Assembly: GCA_963796365.1 (NCBI GenBank) | Contig: CAWCLJ010000004.1 | Location: 1,229,208 to 1,293,207 of the forward strand | Direction: 5' to 3' | DNA from: an uncultured Chloroflexia bacterium | GTDB taxonomy: Bacteria > Chloroflexota > Dehalococcoidia > Dehalococcoidales > RBG-16-60-22 | Length of the DNA: 64,000 nt | Part shown: one piece after another, positions 19,671 through 30,212 of the stretch | Layout: the number at the start of each line of letters is the position of its first letter | Numbering within the stretch: position 1 is the stretch's first letter | The notes under the pieces: generated by a model | What the model was told of the DNA's origin: nothing | Seen by the model: only the letters and a program-made list of their open reading frames with translations | The model's database searches: none | Translations under genes and position numbers: made by a program

Positions 19671-20912
19671 ATGGAAAAAACGGGTAAACAGCTGCGTAAA
19701 GAGCGCGAACAGCGTATCATGGACACCATCGCGTTAAAACCTGCGGACAGGGTACCGGTCATCAGCGGCATCGGGTATTTCCCGGCCAAATATGCGGGCA
19801 TTCCCTGTTCCGCCGCTTATTATGATTATGATGCATGGTATGACGCTTATAAAAGGGCGCTTACCGATATCCAGCCGGATATGGTCTTCCCGCAGGCGTT
19901 CACCCCGGGGAAAGCGCTGGAAATCCTTAACCTTAAAGCGCAAAAGTGGCCCGGCCACGGCGTGGACCCGTACCAGGGGCACCAGGCCATCGAAATCGAT
20001 AATCTTAAAGCGGATGAATATGAAGCTTTTATGCATGACCCGTCGGATTTCCTCGTCCGTACCTTCCTCCCCCGCACCAGCCCGGAACTGGAAGGCCTGG
20101 CGGGTCTGCCCCGGCTTTCCGACCTTAGCGGTGGGCTGGGGGCCATCGGTCTGGCTGTCAGTATGGAAGACCCGAAGGTTGCCAAAGCTTTCACTACTCT
20201 TTTAAAAGCCGGTAAAGAATTCCGGAAATGGCAGCCGAAAATGAAGCGGTTCAATAAGCTGATTTCCGATATGGGCTATCCGACCTATTTCCAGGGCGCC
20301 TGGATGCCGCCTTTCGATGTGCTTTCCCATTCCATGAGAGGTATGAGCGGCACGATGATGGACATGTTCCGCCAGCCGGAGAAAATCGAGAAAATCACTG
20401 AATTTATCCTTAAAAAATCGCTCGAAAGGCCGGATCCGGTACCCAGTGAAAACGGCTACTCCCGCATCTTTATGACCAATACCCGCGGCGACGATGCTTT
20501 CATGTCCATGGCGAAATTCAAACGGTTTTACTGGCCCTCTTTCTATAAGCTGGTGACGGCGCTTATCAAGAGAGGCCTGACCCCCTGCATCTTCTTCGAA
20601 GGCAATTTTACCTCACGCCTCGAATTCCTGCTTGAATTCCCCAAAGGAAAGATACTCGCCCGCCTCGATACGACCGATATCTTCAAGGCCAAAGATGTGT
20701 TAAGGGACCATGTCTGCCTCGAGGGGAATGTCCCGTCATCGCTGCTGCAGGTTGGCTCTAAGGATGACGTTACCGCCTATTGCAAGAAACTCATCGATTA
20801 CGTTGGCAACGGCGGCGGCTTAATTGTTTCCCCCCGCTCCTCCACCGATGAAGCCAAGCCGGAAAACATGAAAACGATGATCGAGTTCACCAAAGAGTAC
20901 GGCCGATACTAA
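19671..20912 (+). CDS. Uroporphyrinogen decarboxylase / MtaA-like family protein, paralogue 1
   Basis: DRVPV, MRG..MMDMFRQPE, FYWP, EGNVP, GGGLI, PEN. Confidence 0.85.
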   Translation: MEKTGKQLRKEREQRIMDTIALKPADRVPVISGIGYFPAKYAGIPCSAAYYDYDAWYDAYKRALTDIQPDMVFPQAFTPGKALEILNLKAQKWPGHGVDPYQGHQAIEIDNLKADEYEAFMHDPSDFLVRTFLPRTSPELEGLAGLPRLSDLSGGLGAIGLAVSMEDPKVAKAFTTLLKAGKEFRKWQPKMKRFNKLISDMGYPTYFQGAWMPPFDVLSHSMRGMSGTMMDMFRQPEKIEKITEFILKKSLERPDPVPSENGYSRIFMTNTRGDDAFMSMAKFKRFYWPSFYKLVTALIKRGLTPCIFFEGNFTSRLEFLLEFPKGKILARLDTTDIFKAKDVLRDHVCLEGNVPSSLLQVGSKDDVTAYCKKLIDYVGNGGGLIVSPRSSTDEAKPENMKTMIEFTKEYGRY

Positions 20913-20917
20913 CAATA

Positions 20918-21021
20918 GGGAGTCCAGAGACCTCTCTGGCGGGGGTTCCGGGGGCGTCCCACGGCCACTCCATGCCCACTCCATGCCCCCCAAGAATGGA
21001 GGATTTAGGGGGTTGACTAAA
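20918..21021 (+). repeat. Family B palindromic repeat
   Basis: GAGTCCAGAGACCTCTCTGGCGGGG...GATTTAGGGGGTTGA. Confidence 0.75.
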
Positions 21022-21249
21022 TACCGAATAAAGGGTCTTTTTAGGAAATAAATTACAGATTTTAATGAGGTCGGGTGAGCTTTAAATCGGGGCGGGTCTT
21101 AGGCCTGCCCTTTTTGTTTGGCTTTTTTCCTGATTATCTGGCGCAAAAAATGATAACTCCCTGTTGTTCAATAAGCGTTTCCTGCCTCATTTGAATCCAG
21201 AATCAAATTGATGTTATATTCAAAAGAAAAAAAACGAGTGTGAAAAACC

Positions 21250-22497
21250 ATGGAGAAAACCGGGAAACAACTGCGTAAAGAACGCGAAAAGCTTATCATG
21301 GACGCCATCGCCCTGAAACCGACGGAAAGGGTCCCGGTCTCGAGCTCTATCGGATACTTCCCCGCCAAATACTGCGGCATTCCCTGCTCCGCCGCCTATT
21401 ATGACTATGACGCCTGGTATAACGCTTACAAAAAGACTTTAACGGATTTCCAGCCGGATATGATATTTGTCCAGGGATTCCAGCCCGGCAAAGCCCTGGA
21501 AATCCTTGACCCTAAAAACTTACGCTGGCCCGGTCACGGTGTCGAGCCCAACCAGGGTCACCAGTCCATCGAGCTTAATAACCTGATGAAAGCGGACGAG
21601 TATGCTGATTACATGGAAGACCCATCCGACTTCATGCTGCGCGTCCATGAACCGAGGATTTCGGAAAACCTGGAGGGGCTTGCCGGACTTCCGCCCCTTT
21701 CCATGATGGGCGGGGGAACGATGGGCATAATCGCTTTAGCCAGGTCTCTGGGTAATACCGATGTCTGGAATACGTTTACTACCCTGCGCGCCGCCGGCCG
21801 TGAATTCAAGAAATACGATGCTAAGGTCAAAAGATTTAATAAAATGGTCCGGGACATGGGTTTTCCGGACTTTTTGCAGGGAGCCGCCATGCCTCCTTAC
21901 GATATTGCCGCCAATACCCTGCGCGGCATGACCGGCATGATGCTGGACATTTTCCGCCAGCCGGAGAAAATAGAAAAAATATGCGAATTTATCCTCCAGA
22001 GAGAGCTTGCCCAGCCCAAGCCGCAGCCCAGCGAGAATGGCTACTACCGCATTTTCATGACCAACACCCGCGGCGATGACTCTTTTATGTCCATGGCGCA
22101 ATTCAAGCGGTTCTACTGGCCGACCTTCTCCAAACTGGTCAAGGGGCTGGTGAAAAAAGGCCTGACCCCCTGCATCTTCTTCGAAGGCAATTTTACCTCA
22201 CGCCTCGAATACCTGCTTGAGTTCCCGAAGGGCTCTATCCTGGCGCGTTTCGATAGGACCGATATCTTCCGGGCCAAGGACGTCCTTAAAGGCCATCTTT
22301 GCATCGAGGGAGATGTCCCGTCTTCTTTACTGCAGATAGGTACGAAAGACGATGTCATCGCTCACTGCAAGAAACTCATCGATTACTGCGGTAAGGGCGG
22401 CGGATTTATTCTCGGCCCCCGCTCCTCTACCGATGAAGCCAACCCGGAAAACCTTTTGGCGATGATCGAGTTCACCAAGGAATACGGGAAATACTAA
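21250..22497 (+). CDS. Uroporphyrinogen decarboxylase / MtaA-like family protein, paralogue 2
   Basis: Highly similar to 19671-20912 along its whole length. Confidence 0.85.
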   Translation: MEKTGKQLRKEREKLIMDAIALKPTERVPVSSSIGYFPAKYCGIPCSAAYYDYDAWYNAYKKTLTDFQPDMIFVQGFQPGKALEILDPKNLRWPGHGVEPNQGHQSIELNNLMKADEYADYMEDPSDFMLRVHEPRISENLEGLAGLPPLSMMGGGTMGIIALARSLGNTDVWNTFTTLRAAGREFKKYDAKVKRFNKMVRDMGFPDFLQGAAMPPYDIAANTLRGMTGMMLDIFRQPEKIEKICEFILQRELAQPKPQPSENGYYRIFMTNTRGDDSFMSMAQFKRFYWPTFSKLVKGLVKKGLTPCIFFEGNFTSRLEYLLEFPKGSILARFDRTDIFRAKDVLKGHLCIEGDVPSSLLQIGTKDDVIAHCKKLIDYCGKGGGFILGPRSSTDEANPENLLAMIEFTKEYGKY

Positions 22498-22506
22498 ACA
22501 ATTGTT

Positions 22507-22615
22507 AAAGAGAGTCCAGAGAGAATTCTCTCTGGCGGTCCGCCTGAGGCGGACGGGGGTGTCCCCCAGCCTGTACAAGTCCCCCATGAATGGGAGATTT
22601 AGGGGGTTGATTAAA
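22507..22615 (+). repeat. Family B palindromic repeat
   Basis: Same motif as 18745 including the CCGCCTGAGGCGG inner hairpin. Confidence 0.8.
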
Positions 22616-22829
22616 GCTAATTATAGGTTTATTAAATAAAAAGAACACCCGTTCAATGAGGCCGGGCCGGTATATCGACCCGGCTTTTTATTAATTACGA
22701 TTAAAGAACATCCATTCACCAGCTCTAATTTTACATTTTTTCATCTTTATTCTGTGTTTTTGATTTTCTTAATTACATATCCTGTTTCTTGATTATTGCG
22801 TGTCTGTGTTAACATAGAATTGTATCCGT

Positions 22830-25800
22830 ATGAAAATATTCTGGAGAATCGCCGCGTTATTTTGGAAGCAGCGCCGCATGGCGGTCCTCACTTACCTTTG
22901 CCTTTTTGGCGGCGCGGCGCTGTCCATCTATATTCCCAACCTTACCGGCCAGGCCATCGACCAGGCTTTAGGCTCTGCTAAAGCAAGCATTATCGTATAC
23001 ATCGCGCTGGGTATCGCTATTGCCGGCATCCTGCGCGGAGTTATTAACTACTACCAGAGCTACCTGGCGGAAGCATTGTCCCAGCATGTATCATTCGACC
23101 TGCGCAACCAGCTTTATAACCACCTCCAAAAGCTTTCTTATGCCTTCCACGACCGCTCCCAGACCGGCCAGCTTATGAGCCGCGCCACCTCGGATGTGGA
23201 AGGGGTGCGGATGTTCGTGGGGTTTGCCCTGCTGCGCGGCGTCTATTTCATCGTCCTCGGCGTGGCCATCATCGTCCTGCTGATGGTGATTAACTGGAAG
23301 TTGGCGCTCATCAGCATCGTCACGATACCATTTATTTCCTACCGCACTTTGGCCATCGGCCAGCGGTTCCGCTCCCTTTACACTAAGATACAGCAGGGTG
23401 TGGGCGTGATGGGCACTTATATCCAGGAAAGCATCGTCGGGGCCAAGGTGGTCCGCGCTTTTGCCCGCGAAAAGTACGAGACGGATAAGTTCATGAAACA
23501 GGCGAAAGAGAACTTTACCTGGGACATTACGATATCCAAACTCTGGGCGGTGAACAGCCCGCTGATGGGCTTTGCCTTATATCTGGCGATGGCGGGTATT
23601 CTCTGGTACGGCGGCCGGCTCGTTATCGGCGGGACGATGACCACCGGCACGATGACGGAGTTCCTGCTTTACGTGGTCATGCTCAATGCCCCGGTCAGGA
23701 TGCTCGGCTGGCTGGCACAGTTATATTCCCGCGCCTTGTCCTCCGGGAAACGCGTTTTTGAAGTGCTGGACGCGGAAACCGAGGTCAAAGAAAAACCCGG
23801 CGCGGCGGAAATCAACGACTGCAAAGGTGAGATACGTTTTGAAAATGTCTGTTTCAGCTACGGCGCGGAACAGCCGGTCTTGCAGGACATTAATTTTGAG
23901 GCGAAACCCGGCCAGGTCATTGCCCTGGTTGGCGCGAGCGGCAGCGGCAAGTCCACCGTCGCTAACCTTATCCCGCGCTTTTATGATGTCACGGAAGGCC
24001 GCATCACCATCGAAGGCAAAGACATTCGCGACCTTACTCTGGAGTCTTTAAGGCGGAACGTCGGCATTGTGCACCAGGATACTTTCCTCTTTTCCGCCAG
24101 TATTCGGGAAAATATCAGCTACGGCAAACCGGGCGCGACGCTGGAGGAAATTACTAAAGCCTCCAAAATCGCGCGCTTGCATGATTTTGTCATGAGCCTG
24201 CCGGAAGGTTACGAGACCTGGGTGGGGGAGCGGGGCATTACGCTTTCCGGCGGCCAGAAGCAGCGGCTGGCCATCGCCCGTACGCTTTTATTGAATCCCT
24301 GCATTATCATCATGGACGATGCCACTTCCAGCGTGGACATGGAAACCGAGGGTGAAATCAGGCAGGCGTTGAATTCGCTTTTGCAGGGCCGGACGACCTT
24401 TATCATCGCCCAGCGGCTGCGTTCCGTCCAGATGGCCGACTTAATTTTAGTGCTGGAAGACGGGCGTATCGTTGAGCGGGGCACTCACGCCGAGCTTATC
24501 GCCAGAAATGGCTATTATAGCAAGCTTTACAACCTGCAGTTCCAGTACCAGGAAGGCTGGCAGGCCGCCGAAGGCGGAACGGAAACGGAAGAAGTGGCAA
24601 CTGAAGAGCCGGTTGAAGAAAAGCCTGTTTCCGCCAAAGAAACGCCGGTATTACCGGCCGCTGGGAAACTCCGCGCTAAGAGCAGCCTTTCCGATTCCGA
24701 TGATATTGTTTTTGGGAAACCGTATGATTCGCGGGTGGTCGGGCGCATGGCTAAATACTTCGGGGAGCACCGGACGGCCGTCATCCTGACCATTATTACG
24801 ACACTGTTGTATAACGGCACGCTGGTCGCTACTCCTTACCTGGTGGCGCTGGCCATCAATAATTACATTACCGTCCACAACGCGAGCGGCCTGAACTTTG
24901 CTATTTTCCTTTTCCTGGGCAACGGCGTCCTCAATTTTGCCTCTTTCTGGGGCCAGATACGCGCCGAGATGACTATCGGGCTAAGCATTCTTTTAAGACT
25001 GCGCCGGCAGGCCTTTACGCAGCTGCAGCGCCTCTCCATCAGCTTTTTCGACCATAATGAGGCGGGGCGGATTATGTCCCGCGCCCAGGACGATGTCCAG
25101 GAGGTCGGGGATTTCTTTGATTCGGGGGTGTTCTGGGTCGTCGGCGAGGTCGTCAGCCTGATAGCCATCGTCGTGGTCATGCTGGTTTTGAGTTACAAGC
25201 TGGCGCTCACCGGCCTGGTGGTCGTGCCGTTCCTCCTCTGGTTCATCATCACCTGGCAGAAACGTGCCCGGCATGATTTTATCCAGGCGCGCCAGAAGCT
25301 TTCCGCCGTCAACGGGCTTTTGCAGGAGAATATCACCGGCATCCGCATCATCCAGAGCCTTTCCCGGGAAAAGATAAACTCGGAGAATTTTGAGAAGGTA
25401 AATAAAGAAAATCTGGATTCGAATATCCAGGCAGCCAAATCATCCAACGTCATGATGCCGGTGGTGGAAACGCTTGTGTCCATCGCCACGGCGCTGGTCC
25501 TGATATTCGGCGGCATGGACGTGCTTCATAGCGTCCTCCTCGTCGGCACGCTGGTGGCGTTCAACCTTTACATCCAGCAGTTCTTCGACCCCATCCGGGC
25601 GCTGACGATGGAGTATACCCAGCTTCAGCGGGCGATGGCTTCCGCCGCCCGTATCTTCGAGCTTATCGATATCAAGCAGGAAATTACGGACAAACCGCAG
25701 CCGGTGGTGCTGCCGCGGATTAAAGGCCGGATCGACTTTGAAAATGTTTCCTTTAAATATGAGACCGGGCCGGAAGTGCTGCACGATGTTAATTTCCACG

Positions 25801-26462
25801 TCAGCCCGGGCGAAACGGCGGCTTTAGTGGGGCCGACCGGCGCCGGCAAGAGCACCATGATTAGCCTGATTGCCCGCTTTTATGATGTTGCCGGCGGCCG
25901 GGTGCTGGTGGACGGACATGACCTCCGCGATGTCGAGCAAATCAGCTACCGCAGCCAGCTCGGGCTGGTCTTGCAGGACCCCTTCCTTTTCTCCGGCACC
26001 ATCGCGGAAAACATCCGCTACGGCAACCCGCAGGCGACTTTCGAAGAGGTTGAAGCCGCCGCCAAGACCGTCGGCGCTCATGACTTTATCATGAAGACGG
26101 ACAAGGGCTACGATACCGTGCTCCAGGAGCGGGGCCAGAACCTTAGCATGGGGCAGCGCCAGCTTATCAGCTTTACAAGAGCGCTGCTGGCTAACCCGGC
26201 CATTCTGCTGCTGGATGAGGCGACCGCCAATATGGACTCCTACAGCGAGCAGGTCCTGCAGGAAGCTTTGAAAGAGCTTTTGAAAGGCCGGACGGCCATC
26301 GTCATTGCGCACCGCCTCTCCACCATCCGCCACGCCGACCATATTGCCGTGATGGATAACGGGCGTATTGTTGAAGAGGGCAAGCATGAAGATTTACTGG
26401 AGCTCGGTGGTTTGTACGCCCGTCTCTATGAAATGACCTATGCCGGCATGGCGATGAGGTAG
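22830..26462 (+). CDS. Fused full-length ABC exporter (TMD-NBD-TMD-NBD)
   Basis: Two Walker A motifs (GASGSGKS, GPTGAGKS), signatures LSGGQ and LSMGQ, acidic linker. Confidence 0.95.
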   Translation: MKIFWRIAALFWKQRRMAVLTYLCLFGGAALSIYIPNLTGQAIDQALGSAKASIIVYIALGIAIAGILRGVINYYQSYLAEALSQHVSFDLRNQLYNHLQKLSYAFHDRSQTGQLMSRATSDVEGVRMFVGFALLRGVYFIVLGVAIIVLLMVINWKLALISIVTIPFISYRTLAIGQRFRSLYTKIQQGVGVMGTYIQESIVGAKVVRAFAREKYETDKFMKQAKENFTWDITISKLWAVNSPLMGFALYLAMAGILWYGGRLVIGGTMTTGTMTEFLLYVVMLNAPVRMLGWLAQLYSRALSSGKRVFEVLDAETEVKEKPGAAEINDCKGEIRFENVCFSYGAEQPVLQDINFEAKPGQVIALVGASGSGKSTVANLIPRFYDVTEGRITIEGKDIRDLTLESLRRNVGIVHQDTFLFSASIRENISYGKPGATLEEITKASKIARLHDFVMSLPEGYETWVGERGITLSGGQKQRLAIARTLLLNPCIIIMDDATSSVDMETEGEIRQALNSLLQGRTTFIIAQRLRSVQMADLILVLEDGRIVERGTHAELIARNGYYSKLYNLQFQYQEGWQAAEGGTETEEVATEEPVEEKPVSAKETPVLPAAGKLRAKSSLSDSDDIVFGKPYDSRVVGRMAKYFGEHRTAVILTIITTLLYNGTLVATPYLVALAINNYITVHNASGLNFAIFLFLGNGVLNFASFWGQIRAEMTIGLSILLRLRRQAFTQLQRLSISFFDHNEAGRIMSRAQDDVQEVGDFFDSGVFWVVGEVVSLIAIVVVMLVLSYKLALTGLVVVPFLLWFIITWQKRARHDFIQARQKLSAVNGLLQENITGIRIIQSLSREKINSENFEKVNKENLDSNIQAAKSSNVMMPVVETLVSIATALVLIFGGMDVLHSVLLVGTLVAFNLYIQQFFDPIRALTMEYTQLQRAMASAARIFELIDIKQEITDKPQPVVLPRIKGRIDFENVSFKYETGPEVLHDVNFHVSPGETAALVGPTGAGKSTMISLIARFYDVAGGRVLVDGHDLRDVEQISYRSQLGLVLQDPFLFSGTIAENIRYGNPQATFEEVEAAAKTVGAHDFIMKTDKGYDTVLQERGQNLSMGQRQLISFTRALLANPAILLLDEATANMDSYSEQVLQEALKELLKGRTAIVIAHRLSTIRHADHIAVMDNGRIVEEGKHEDLLELGGLYARLYEMTYAGMAMR

Positions 26463-26529
26463 TGGAGAAAATACTACCAATACTAACCGTAAGTACCAAT
26501 AGTCAAATACCCCACCCCTTTTCCCTTGG

Positions 26530-26676
26530 TCTGTCATCCTGGAGCGACCTGTCCCGTATGAGCGACTTGTCCCGCATGAGCGAAGCGAATCGGGAAGCGA
26601 AGGAGAAGCATCTGGTGGGGAGGTATTTACGCCCCTTTACCCCCACCTTGTTATTCTGAGTGTAGCGAAGAATCCG
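26530..26676. repeat. Family A repeat cluster with an internal ~18-bp tandem duplication
   Basis: CTGTCATCCTGGAGCG..., GAGCGAC(C/T)TGTCCCG twice, TGTTATTCTGAGTGTAGCGAAGAATCC. Confidence 0.6.
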
Positions 26677-29531
26677 TTCCTTCTACTATTTTTCGCTCTT
26701 CATCCGTGAGTCCGTATAGCTGATAGACGATTTCGTCAATCTTGTGTTCCAATTTTGAAACATCAACTTTGGGGTTCTGGGCCTTCGCGATAAGTATCTT
26801 ATCAACAATAGATTCTAAGTCTTTGGTCTTTGTTGTTACCGGGATAGGAAAGTTTTTCATAAAAATAGCGCTAGGTTCATAATAGCCATTTTGAAGTTTA
26901 GCCAAATACTTATCGAATAAAAATGTGACGGTGTTAGAATTTAAAATACCTAATAAGTATTTAGTGGTATTAGGTATTATGAAAGCTTTTTGGTTTGTTA
27001 AATACCCATTGTCGTCCCAGGCAAATTCGTTCCGCTTGCAGATATTTGGATAAATGATTTTTGGTTGATCAAATTCATCCCAATATTTACATGACCTTAA
27101 TTCCCAGAAATATTTTCCCTGGTCTTCACGCTCAATCAGCTTTTTTCTGAAGTCATTGAATCTGGTATAAATAGCTGGATACGTTTCCGCAAAGATCGCT
27201 TCAGCGTCAGTGGCAGATTTTCCCGACCAAGGATGCGTCTTGTTTTCAGATGACTCAATTTTAATCAAGTATTGGTCGGCAAAATTGATAGCCCACCTTT
27301 TTACGTCCTTACCCCTAAGAAATGGCTTTATAACTTGAGCGGATGAAGGATGTTCTGAAATTAAAAGGTCTTTTGTAGTCCCATCAATGACAAAGGCTTC
27401 GTTGAGACCAGTTAAAACACCACGGTAGAATCGTCCGTTAACATATTCGGATAGCGGTTTTCCAACTTTGCGTAGTTTTTCCAGTAATCTAAGTGTCGTC
27501 TTGGATTCCAACCTCCAACCTGAACCGGTCAAATCTTTTTGGTTAATCGTGGAGCTGTTGGTGGCAACAACGGCAGAGAATTTTTCTAGCTGTTCATTGG
27601 GATTCCAGGTAAAAATGCGGGTATTGTGTTTCCCTGGTACCGTTTTGCGTAGGACAATAATACTGGGATAGGTTATTGCCTCGAAAATAGGCGCGTCACC
27701 AAAATCGATAATCTGCTCTATCGTGGTCTTGGTGCTAAGAAATTCCCGCAATTTCTGACCATAGCCTGAACGGAAATATTTGTTGGAGGAAATGTACGTA
27801 AGGAAACCGCCTTCTTTGAGTAGTTGGATGCCTCTTTCAAAGAAATAGACATAGATATCGGCAACGCCGTCATAACATTCAAATTCTTTTTGCCATATTG
27901 GCTTGAATTCGGATAATTGCTCTTGCCGTATATACGGCGGGTTGCCAATAACAATATCGAATCCCCCTTTAGCCATAACATCATGAGAATTCGTCTTGCC
28001 AATCAAATGGGTGTTGGTTTTTCCAATCGGGGCCAAAATATTTTTCGAGTTCTTCATCGGTGCCTGAAACTAATGAGTTGCCCTGTTTGATGTTATTGCC
28101 CAGAAATGGCAAAGGCTCACGGTGGGCAAGACTGCGAAGTAATAAATTTAAACGGGTTATCTCAATAGCCTTTTTATCAAGGTCAACACCGAATATGCTG
28201 TTTGTTAGTAAAGGCAGGCGTTCCCACTGGTCTAGCTTATTTAATGGTTTGTTCAATTCTTTGGCATGGTATCTAAGTAATTCATCGTAAGCGCGGATAA
28301 GAAACGAACCGGAACCACACGCCGGGTCCAGGATTTTGATGTTATGCAATTTATCAGGATACCCCTGATTTTCCTTTAAGAAACGTCCTACTGTTTCGCG
28401 TACAATGTAGTCGGTAACAATTTTCGGGGTATAATAAATGCCCTGTTCTTTTCGGTGCTGTTTTTTATCGGTAAGCGTATAGGTCTGCGTGTTAATTCCC
28501 AGGTCCATTTTCATCTGGGCTTCTTTCGCCCGTTGTTTCATCACTTCGGCCACATGGCCTAGATATTGCTCGTAAACTGCTCCGAGGACATCGGCGTCTA
28601 TATCGTTAAAATTATAGCTGGCATGGCTTCCCGGAATTTCATATAAACCTGTAAGAATGGATTCGATCACATCATAATCAATATGTAATTCTGGATTATC
28701 CAAAGGATGCTGCAGTGTCTGGTCGAACAACTCGCTGTCATAATAGCCGTTATATTCTTTAAACAATTGCCTTAATGAAGCTAGTAAATTGCCTTTTGAA
28801 CCTGTTGTTTTATCCTGATGCAGTAAAGCTAAAAGTCCCCTTTCCTCAATGCCTCGGTCTTCTGCCGTACGAATAAAAATAAGGCGATTGAAAAGTTTTT
28901 GGATAATATCATCAATCTGTTCCGGCTTCAGATTAAATTTATTGTTATAACGAAAAATCTGATTAAAGAGTTGCTCGCGCCAGGAACGCATCTGGGCAAA
29001 AAGGCGCTTTTCTACCGGCGTAGGTGTAGGTAAAGCTCCCCATTTTACCGCTTCTTGATTGAGTGACCCTGAAATCAAAGATTCTTTTGATAATAACCAG
29101 AGCCTGTCGAAGTCAGTTTCGTAAAGATTGAAATCGAGAGAAATGAACGGTTCGGTCTTTTGCGAATTAAAAACGCGTAAAAATTGGAAGTTAGTAAGAA
29201 TAGCCCAGGTTACGCCTTTGTTATAGGCATAAGAAACGGCCTGTTTTATGTGCTTTGGGTCGTTGATATCCTCTTTGAATGCTTTAGCTTCAACGAAGAA
29301 TTGAGAAATACCGTGCAGCTTGAAAGCATAATCGACACGGCCGTTTGAAGTATTATCTTCCGGCGATACTTCGTCTATATTGCTAAAATCCCAGCCAAGC
29401 GCTTCAAAAAGAGGCTGTATGAATCCTTGTTTAGTTGCTGCCTCATTGTAAAGCTTAAGCTTATGCTGGTCGGTGGATGTGTATTTTTGAACCAGGGCGG
29501 ATACTTTTTGTTTTGCTTCCTCTTTGCCCAT
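26651..29531 (-). pseudogene. Type IIG-like restriction-modification enzyme (HsdR_N-like nuclease + N6-adenine MTase + TaqI_C-like TRD), one frameshift at ~27985
   Basis: VDY..FVEAK, GIYYTP, DPACGSG in ORF 27981-29531; GNPPY and TRD in ORF 26651-28057; removing one base joins FDWQDEF to HDVMAKGGFD. Confidence 0.8.
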
Positions 29532-29670
29532 CCCCTGTCTCCATTGTTATATTGTTGTCATTATACACTACCCCGCCCCAACTGAAAACTGATAACTGTG
29601 AACAAAAAACTGCGCTCGCCCCATCGCTCGTCCTGAGCTTGTCGAAGGATCAATATGTGACAAAATCCTC

Positions 29671-29700
29671 TTGACAATATCAGAACAATTGTACTATTAT
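29671..29700 (+). promoter_or_regulatory. Sigma70 promoter with a LexA-like SOS box in the spacer
   Basis: TTGACA 29671, TATTAT 29695, AGAAC-AATT-GTACT at 29682-29695. Confidence 0.55.
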
Positions 29701-29871
29701 TGCCTTGCACTATCAAGCGTCTCTTTCTCTGTAAACGGGGAAAGAGACAGGAGAGATAGGGGTCGGTAGGCACCTTAACAACCAAATATCCCGGTGTCAC
29801 AGGCATCTTGCCTGTGATGGGCAGGCTGGGAAGCCTACCCTACCGTCTCTTGATAACAAACGACCCCAAAA

Positions 29872-30158
29872 TCACAAAACGAACGAAGCTAAATCACGAA
29901 AAAGGGCTGAAAAATTACAAAACCAATGAGGCTAATAAGGGTAAAACCAGTGAAAATATGACAAATCGAATTGAAGCTAAAATTATGAAAAATCGACAAA
30001 ATGGCAAAAATCTTACAAAACCAATCGAGACTGTAACGAAATTATCGTTAGCAAAATCACAAAACGAAGTGAATCTGAAAAACCCATCTTACAAAACGAA
30101 TAGCCTGAATTACCCCCTTCTCCCAAAAAGCCCTTTTTACAAAACGAATCGAGGCTAA
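29872..30158 (+). repeat. Array of 7 interspaced degenerate direct repeats, consensus TYACAAAACGAA(T)YGARGCTAA
   Basis: Cores start at 29874, 29917, 29961, 30015, 30059, 30091, 30139. Confidence 0.8.
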
Positions 30159-30160
30159 AC

Positions 30161-30190
30161 AAAAAGGGCGGTTCTTACGCCGCCCCTTCT
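30161..30190. terminator. Hairpin terminator between the array and the convergent gene
   Basis: AAAAAGGGCGG-loop-CCGCCCCTTCT. Confidence 0.6.
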
Positions 30191-30212
30191 AAAGCTTACA
30201 GCTTATAGCTAT

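Noticed and set aside
27975-27995. Phase-variable or programmed frameshift in the RM gene
   Set aside because: No simple sequence repeat or slippery heptamer at the junction; similar indels occur elsewhere
29872-30158. CRISPR array
   Set aside because: Repeats are short, degenerate and irregularly spaced (32-54 bp), and no cas genes are in the window
29808-30158. 116-aa protein
   Set aside because: TTG start inside a hairpin, no RBS, repeats out of frame, low-complexity K/N/T composition
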